This document shows, in pieces, positions 7,638 through 13,229 of a stretch of 13,229 nt of DNA. The notes beneath the pieces are model-generated. The model did no database searches. It was given only the letters and a program-made list of their open reading frames with translations, and had not been told where the DNA came from. The first letter of the stretch is position 1. Each line of letters begins with the position of its first letter. Made by a program: the position numbers and the translations under genes. The DNA comes from an uncultured Oligoflexus sp. (GTDB lineage Bacteria; Bdellovibrionota_B; Oligoflexia; Oligoflexales; Oligoflexaceae), in NCBI GenBank assembly GCA_964236955.1, contig CAXSGP010000003.1:109166-122394 (forward strand), given 5' to 3'.

Positions 7638-8291
7638 ATGAAAATTCGTCTATTAGCCTTGGTACTTGTCGGCAGTACGGCTTGCCGAACCTCTGATGCG
7701 GCATCTGAAGTCAAACATCAAACTCAGTCAGGGACAGCAGCGAGAGGATATCCGGCAGCAGAAGACCAGGATAAAAGTGCGGCCTATTCGGGTAGTCCTG
7801 TTAAAGGCGCCGGAATATCCCCAGCAGCCCAGCCAGATGCGGATTTGCCTCCTCTCAATGATAAGGAAAGTCTTTTAAAATGGCGAGTCGGTCGCTGGAG
7901 TTTGGTTCTTAAGGGCACTGAAGCCGTTGAGACTCTGGATAAAGCGGGATCGGTTGCATGCGAAGTCACGGTCGGCAAGGTCAAATCTCAATTTGGGAAG
8001 GACAAAGTAGTCGCGTTGAAAGCAGCGATAGCAGAGGCCTTCAAGGTCAGGGACCAGCGGCAGATAAGTCCTATTTTTAGGGGGCTTGATCAATCGAGAG
8101 AACTCATCGCAGTTTTAGGGGGCCAAGAATTTCTTATAGAGAAAATGTATCAGTCCCGGGATGCAATCATGCCCGATCCCTCCAAAAACGTAGGTCGTGA
8201 CATTCCCAAACCTGGTGCCGCGGAGAGCGGACTTGAATTGATTATGGAAGTGGCGGTGAATCCCACGATCTGTCCAACTGTTCCAAACTAA
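7638..8291 (+). CDS. Hypothetical lipoprotein
   Basis: MKIRLLALVLVGSTA-C lipoprotein-type signal, a low-complexity Ala/Ser/Pro/Gln tether, then a globular region. AGGT upstream. Confidence 0.75.
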   Translation: MKIRLLALVLVGSTACRTSDAASEVKHQTQSGTAARGYPAAEDQDKSAAYSGSPVKGAGISPAAQPDADLPPLNDKESLLKWRVGRWSLVLKGTEAVETLDKAGSVACEVTVGKVKSQFGKDKVVALKAAIAEAFKVRDQRQISPIFRGLDQSRELIAVLGGQEFLIEKMYQSRDAIMPDPSKNVGRDIPKPGAAESGLELIMEVAVNPTICPTVPN

Positions 8292-8412
8292 GGTTATTCA
8301 AATCAGCAGGGACATGACCAATCCGGGTGAATGTTTCCGTCTCATCTGAGACTTCTCACTTGAGATTCCTTGGGTGATCCGGCATCGTCGAATCCCAAGG
8401 AGTACCGCGCCT

Positions 8413-8922
8413 ATGAATCACCCTCAAAGTGCCGAAATCGCCAAAATCATGAGTTCGTCCATTGCTCCGGTTTTTCTGATCACCGGCATTGCTGGCATCT
8501 TGTCGATCATGTCTCTGCGTTATGGTCGCGTCATCGATAGGATCCGCACCCTACTGCGCGAAGGCCCTAAACTCTATCAAAAAGAATTAGGCAACGATCA
8601 TCTCCACCGTGAACTTCGTACGCTCTACCGCCGGGCCCGAATCCTGCGCATTGCCATCATCACTGAAGTTGCGTCGATATTTGCTATTTCACTGACTATT
8701 TTTGCAATGTTTTTCTCATTGAGCTTTGACGTTGACGTCATGTTTGGGCCGCAGTTCCTTTTTATCGCCAGTCTGATCTTTCTCATGATCGGTCTTGGAC
8801 TCTTTATTCAGGATTATGCGCTCTCACTCAACTGCATTGAGAACGACATGGGCGTTCGCTCGGATATGAACCTTTCGGTAGAACAGGCCCGCTCCGTATT
8901 TGAAACGATTCCTCATGACTAG
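8413..8922 (+). CDS. DUF2721 family membrane protein
   Basis: IAPVFLITGIAGILSIMSLRYGRVIDRIR and ELRTLYRRARILRIAI motifs plus two further TMs. ATG at 8413 follows AAGGAG. Confidence 0.9.
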   Translation: MNHPQSAEIAKIMSSSIAPVFLITGIAGILSIMSLRYGRVIDRIRTLLREGPKLYQKELGNDHLHRELRTLYRRARILRIAIITEVASIFAISLTIFAMFFSLSFDVDVMFGPQFLFIASLIFLMIGLGLFIQDYALSLNCIENDMGVRSDMNLSVEQARSVFETIPHD

Positions 8923-9146
8923 TTTTTTGACTTCCTCAGCGGAATAAGGGGGCGGATGCCGGTTTTGGTAGCCTGGCGGGATTATGATGAAAAGGATTGA
9001 CGGGGGTGGATGAACAGCAATAAACCATCGCCTGCCGTTCCTGGCGTCGGGCCTTCAGTAGGGAGGAGAAGGCAGAACATTCAGCTGTCTCGGTATTAAA
9101 GGTTGGCCTGTCGTCCTAGCTATCGGTCAGCGATTTGAGGCTTAAA

Positions 9147-9701
9147 TTATCGAATAAGTATCAATGTAATAAGATCGTGAATCATTTCTCGAAGGTCCCG
9201 AGGGTCGCGGGCAATAGATTTGAAACCTCGTGCTGAGCTTACCAAAAGGTTGGCTATCCTTTTCGACGAAAGGCCTGTTTCCTCTTTGGTGACACCGTTG
9301 GATCTGAGTATAGAGGCTATGACGGCTGCAAACCTACCGTACGAAAGGTCCCTAGTGGATTTTGCGAATTCGAGGGACGAATCAGAAATTTCCTTCGCCT
9401 CAGGTGACTGCACGGTAAGTTGAAAAACATCAACTATCCCTATCTCAAATGCAGAGTGCAGCTGTGATTCGAGACCGTTTTTAAGAGCTATCTCTTTTTT
9501 CACCTTCTCTAGATTGAGTTCGCTAAACAGGCCTACAACCGCATTAAAAATTTCTTCTTTAGTCTTGAAGTAAAGATAGAGTCCAGGTCTGGAAATCTCC
9601 ATCGCGTCCGCTATTTCCTTCATGCTTACCGCTGCATAGCCGCGTTTTGAGAAGATCTCCATCGCTTTGGTCAAAATCTTTGACCGCTTTTCAATGCCCA
9701 T
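9147..9701 (-). CDS. TetR/AcrR family transcriptional regulator
   Basis: N-terminal HTH ILTKAMEIFSKRGYAAVSMKEIADAMEISRPGLYLYFKTKEEIF. Start placed at ATG 9701, because the extension to 9770 runs through the operator palindrome. Confidence 0.93.
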   Translation of the reverse strand: MGIEKRSKILTKAMEIFSKRGYAAVSMKEIADAMEISRPGLYLYFKTKEEIFNAVVGLFSELNLEKVKKEIALKNGLESQLHSAFEIGIVDVFQLTVQSPEAKEISDSSLEFAKSTRDLSYGRFAAVIASILRSNGVTKEETGLSSKRIANLLVSSARGFKSIARDPRDLREMIHDLITLILIR

Positions 9702-9729
9702 ACATTTATTCTTTTCAATATCAGTACAA

Positions 9730-9793
9730 TTTTTATAGACATAATAGTCAATATGTCTAATAATAGACATATTGACTATTATGTCTATAAAAA
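9730..9793. promoter_or_regulatory. 64-bp inverted repeat containing two TetR-type operators and symmetric divergent promoters
   Basis: 9730-9759 is the exact reverse complement of 9764-9793, with spacer ATAA. Each arm contains TAGACATA-N8-TATGTCTA. TAGACA-N16-TATAAA occurs on both strands. Confidence 0.85.
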
Positions 9794-9808
9794 AGAAAGA
9801 TGTTAATT

Positions 9809-10594
9809 ATGAAAATGTCGGGAAATACGGTTCTTATTACAGGTGGAACCTCCGGGATAGGACTTGAGATGGCAGTCCAACTCATCAATTTGGGAAATAC
9901 AGTCATCGTGACTGGTCGGGACCAAGTAAAACTGGACGAGATAAAGCAGAAGATTGCTGGAATTCATACCATCAAAAGTGATGTTTCAGATCCTTCAGCG
10001 ATTGAATCTCTTCACTCTCAGGTTACCCGGGATTTCCCTGAACTCAACATCCTGATAAACAATGCCGGTATCATGCGTAAGATAAATTTAAACGATCAGA
10101 AGTTTGATCTTCATGATTTGACGCGTGAGATTGAGACGAATCTGATGGGTCCGATCAGAATGACACAGGTTTTTTTACCGAATTTAAAGAACAGAAAATC
10201 GGCTGCCGTGGTGAATGTTTCATCGGGGCTGGCTTTTGTTCCCTTGCCGATTTCCCCCATCTATAGCGCAACAAAGTCCGGACTTCATGCATTTACCGAG
10301 TGTCTCCGGATTCAGCTTAAGAATTCTAAAGTTAAGATATTTGAGCTTGCTCCCCCTGGAACTGAAACGCCACTTTTTCGAGGCGATTTTACTAAGGATG
10401 ATTTGGGCGGAGTCAAGTCTATGGAGGTCCATATCCTTGTGAAACAAGCGATTGAGGGACTTAAAAGTGATAAACTTGAGATAAGACCTGGTCTTAGCAA
10501 TGTTCTGAGAATAATGAGCCGAGTTGCCCCTAGCTTTATGCTAAAGCAATTAGGAAAGCCGGTTGATCGCATGCTGGACCCGGCGAAAGCCTAA
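9809..10594 (+). CDS. Short-chain dehydrogenase/reductase, DltE-like classical SDR
   Basis: MKMSGNTVLITGGTSGIG (TGxxxGxG), LINNAG, VNVSSGLAFVP, catalytic YSATK and FELAPPGTET. The start could be 9800, 9809 or 9815. Confidence 0.93.
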   Translation: MKMSGNTVLITGGTSGIGLEMAVQLINLGNTVIVTGRDQVKLDEIKQKIAGIHTIKSDVSDPSAIESLHSQVTRDFPELNILINNAGIMRKINLNDQKFDLHDLTREIETNLMGPIRMTQVFLPNLKNRKSAAVVNVSSGLAFVPLPISPIYSATKSGLHAFTECLRIQLKNSKVKIFELAPPGTETPLFRGDFTKDDLGGVKSMEVHILVKQAIEGLKSDKLEIRPGLSNVLRIMSRVAPSFMLKQLGKPVDRMLDPAKA

Positions 10595-10677
10595 GCCCAC
10601 AAAAGTAGACGGGAGCGCAATATGCCCGATGCCAAGAGCAATTGAAAGAGGTCTATAAATACTTGGCAAATGTCTCA

Positions 10678-10718
10678 AGCCATGGGTGATCCCTGTGGAT
10701 TTATGGGCTGCTTCTTTT
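10678..10718 (+). terminator. Possible terminator downstream of the SDR gene
   Basis: Imperfect hairpin AGCC/CCAT...ATCC-CTGT-GGAT...ATGG/GGCT followed by GCTTCTTTT. Confidence 0.3.
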
Positions 10719-10815
10719 ACAATTTTAAAGAGGCGTGGGTTAACGCTAATAGCTCTCCAACCTCCGGCAAGCGCAAGACTAAAGAGCTTTAAGCTTTGAT
10801 TCTTTTACGGCAAAG

Positions 10816-13229
10816 TCATCGTGTGCACATAATACTGCTCGCAACGGTTTTTCCGGTGCCATCGGTAAGACCGTCGTTAATCCTCAGATACCAACCCGTA
10901 GCGGTGGAGGCGGAATAGGTGCTCGATGACCAATAGAGTGAGCCAGCGGTGAAATTTAATGCTGATTTCTTCGACCAAACCCCATCGATATAACTTTGTA
11001 CCAACTCTTTCTGAACTGGAAGCCGCCAATCGGAATATCCGCCATAGACAAGGGAATTACAGTACGTAATCCCCGACTCCCAGGTTCGAGTCGTGCCGTC
11101 GTCTTTTGCCCAGTAGAGACCTGTGTTTCGGTCTAAATAAACACAATCTTCGCTACCGTTACAGGTTCCACCTGCATCGGTGTCAGAGTTGGTGTCTCGT
11201 AGCCAGTTGGCACCGGCACCCGACCCAAAGCCGGGCGGCACGTCCGTTGGCATTGAATTGTTATTATTATAGTCGTCGATCGAATCATAGATGTCAGCAG
11301 CACTGGAGCTGCTACTGGCCCCTGTCCCTGACGTTCTATTAAAGGTTGTGAGCTTAGCCATATTTTTATAGAAAGTGAGACTGCCGGCCATACCGCCCAC
11401 AGTTTTTCCGGTGCGAATATCCCAGGTACTATAGGCCGAAGTGTTGGCCGATTTGTAGGTGCTCGTCGTCATGCAGGCCGTCTGTCCATCACTGCTGCAA
11501 TTGGTACCGAAGGTTCCTGTTGTGCTGAATATGCTGACGCCATTGGCAATATTCGCTGCTGTTATCTGGGTATCGCCGGCACCCGTTTGAAGGCTGCCGT
11601 CAGGACTGAAATATTGAAAAGCAGTTGCCGATTTAACCTGAGCATTGAAGGTCGCCGCCGTGAGGCTGGCAGCACCATTTGCTCCTGAAAGGAGGTAGGT
11701 TGAGTTGGGATAAAGGCCGGCTATCCCCGCGACCGTCGTTCCGTTTTTTATCACGCCGGCCGTTACGTTGGCCTTGATGACCGCAGGATTGGTGGTGGTC
11801 GCGACACAGCCCGTCTGATTATCCGTCGAACAGTTCGCCGGCGTGGCCGAAGCGGTTCCTGAGATACCGGCAAGGGTTTGACCCGTGAGAATTTTCGCGG
11901 CGGCACCGCTGGTGTTGGCAGCGGGAAAGCCCGCAATCGCCATACAGTTTGTGCTGCCGTCGGCGGCACAGCTTCCCATGGTTCCCGCGACGCCACCGAT
12001 TGTCACGGTTGTATGGATTTTTGCAAGGTTTGCAGCCGCAAGGTTAGTCAACTTATCGACCGCCGGAAAGTTGGTGACGGCTACACAGGCTACGGCTCCA
12101 TCCGCTCCACAATTGGCTGGCGCGGGCGTTGCGGTCCCGGCGATGCCAAGGAGGGTCTGGCCGGTGAGGATCTTAACGGCAGCACCGCTGGTGTCGCCGG
12201 CTTTGAAAGCCGCAACTGTGTAGCAGCCAAGGCCGCCATCCAAGGCACAATCGGCAAGGGTGCCGCTCACCCCCCCAACGGTCACGGTGGAATGAATCCT
12301 GGCCAGATTGCCAGCGGCTAGATTTACAGCTTTATTTACCGCTGGGAACGTGGCGATCGCTACGCAATTCGTGGCGCCGTCAGCTCCGCAATCCGAAGGC
12401 CTTAGTGCGGCGGTTCCGGTAATGCCAGCAAGAACTTGACCGCTCAGGATTTTTACAGCGGCTCCTGACGTGTTGGCTGAAATAAAGCTGGTCGTGGATA
12501 CACAACCCGATACACCATCCACCGTGCAGTCCACGGGTTTTCCAGCTGCTGTGCCGCTGATGCCGGCTACTGAGCTGCCGGTGAGTATCTTAACATTGGC
12601 ACCTGATACGAGAGCCGCTGCATAGCTTGGCCCGACGACGACGCAACCCGCGCCGCCATCCGTTGAACAGTCAGCTAAAGTTCCCGCAACACCGGCTATC
12701 GTGAGAGAGCTACGAATCTTGGCTGCATTGGCCGTAGAAAGAGAATTCGCTTTATCGACGGCCGGAAAGTTGCTAACGGCCACGCAGTTCGTGCCGCCAT
12801 CGCTGGCGCAATCCGAAGGGCGAAGGCTCGCGGCTCCGGCGATACCGGCAAGGGTTTGTCCCGTCAGGATTTTGCCTGCAGCGCCTGTGGTGTTTGCAGC
12901 CGGGAAGGAGGAGACTGCGAGACAGCCGGTTCCACCGTCCAGTGCGCAATCAGCCATTGTCCCTGCGAGCCCGGCAACTGTAACAGTACTGTGGATTTTG
13001 GCCAATTTCGCTGCCGTTAGGTTCGTAAGCTTATCGACCGCTGGAAATGCCGCTACGGCCACACAGTTGGTCGCGCCGTCAGCGACACAGTTTGAAGGCG
13101 CTGGCGTTAGAGTGCCGGCGACGCCAAACAGAGTTTGACCGGAGACTATTTTCCCGGCAGCGCACGCATAGGTACCGGCCCGAAAGGCCGAGATCGTGAA
13201 ACAGCCATGGGGTCCGTCGACCGAGCAAT
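10816..13229 (-). CDS. Large Cys/Gly/Ala/Thr-rich repeat (fibre-like) protein with C-terminal DUF1566/Lcl domain; 5' end lies outside the window
   Basis: The frame stays open from 13062 to the window edge (CSVDGPHGCFTISAFRAGTYACAAGKIVSGQTLFGVAGTLTPAPSNCVADGATNC). The C-terminus has the DUF1566 hallmarks DRNTGLYW, TWESGITYCNSLVYGGYSDWRLPVQKEL, YWSSS and terminal IMCTR. Confidence 0.9.
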   Translation of the reverse strand, partial: CSVDGPHGCFTISAFRAGTYACAAGKIVSGQTLFGVAGTLTPAPSNCVADGATNCVAVAAFPAVDKLTNLTAAKLAKIHSTVTVAGLAGTMADCALDGGTGCLAVSSFPAANTTGAAGKILTGQTLAGIAGAASLRPSDCASDGGTNCVAVSNFPAVDKANSLSTANAAKIRSSLTIAGVAGTLADCSTDGGAGCVVVGPSYAAALVSGANVKILTGSSVAGISGTAAGKPVDCTVDGVSGCVSTTSFISANTSGAAVKILSGQVLAGITGTAALRPSDCGADGATNCVAIATFPAVNKAVNLAAGNLARIHSTVTVGGVSGTLADCALDGGLGCYTVAAFKAGDTSGAAVKILTGQTLLGIAGTATPAPANCGADGAVACVAVTNFPAVDKLTNLAAANLAKIHTTVTIGGVAGTMGSCAADGSTNCMAIAGFPAANTSGAAAKILTGQTLAGISGTASATPANCSTDNQTGCVATTTNPAVIKANVTAGVIKNGTTVAGIAGLYPNSTYLLSGANGAASLTAATFNAQVKSATAFQYFSPDGSLQTGAGDTQITAANIANGVSIFSTTGTFGTNCSSDGQTACMTTSTYKSANTSAYSTWDIRTGKTVGGMAGSLTFYKNMAKLTTFNRTSGTGASSSSSAADIYDSIDDYNNNNSMPTDVPPGFGSGAGANWLRDTNSDTDAGGTCNGSEDCVYLDRNTGLYWAKDDGTTRTWESGITYCNSLVYGGYSDWRLPVQKELVQSYIDGVWSKKSALNFTAGSLYWSSSTYSASTATGWYLRINDGLTDGTGKTVASSIMCTR
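11380..13227 (-). repeat. Intragenic protein repeats, 12 units of about 46-47 aa: C-x2-D-[GN]-x3-C...[KR]I-x4-T-x2-G-x2-GT
   Basis: Twelve CxxD[GN]xxxC motifs counted in the translation. Two alternating subtypes: FPAVDK..NL...LAKIHSTVTV.G..GT (47 aa) and FPAANTSGAA.KILTGQTLAGI.GT (46 aa). Confidence 0.92.

Noticed and set aside
9702..9770. N-terminal extension of TetR given by the ORF track (start 9770)
   Set aside because: It runs through the operator palindrome. The TetR HTH begins right after ATG 9701, as is usual for the family.
10595..10815. DGR template repeat or IMH hairpin downstream of the DUF1566 gene
   Set aside because: No similarity to the gene's 3' end, no AAC-rich tract and no RT gene in the window.
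11106..13138. Plus-strand ORFs 11106-11342, 11878-12321, 11885-12223 and 12701-13138
   Set aside because: Antisense shadows of the Gly/Ala/Thr-rich repeat gene, whose codon bias suppresses stops on the opposite strand.

Overview
A bacterial chromosomal window. The gene style (short Cys lipoproteins, a long Cys-repeat fibre with a DUF1566 tip) suggests Oligoflexia/Bdellovibrionota, but that is inference only. From left to right: an AT-rich, apparently non-coding left end that holds two tandem minus-strand micro-ORFs (103-135 and 22-54). Both encode the same 10-aa peptide MKKKFATVTF, differ only at synonymous positions, and have their own SD-like site. Next come a secreted DSRCP-x4-CxWAG protein, a DUF4337 membrane protein, a doubtful 91-aa ORF and a DedA-family membrane protein. 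A class I (Fe-S) fumarase and a class II fumarase (fumC) lie in tandem, separated by a highly structured spacer, with a METTL20/ETFBKMT-like lysine methyltransferase transcribed divergently. A lipoprotein and a DUF2721 membrane protein follow, then an AT-richer divergent TetR/SDR pair with a 64-bp nested palindrome between them. The window ends in the 3' part of a large minus-strand gene with 12 CxxD[GN]xxxC repeats of about 46-47 aa and a C-terminal DUF1566/Lcl lectin-like domain; its ORF is open to the right edge. The most novel signal is the duplicated micropeptide cassette, whose downstream partner genes would lie off the left edge.
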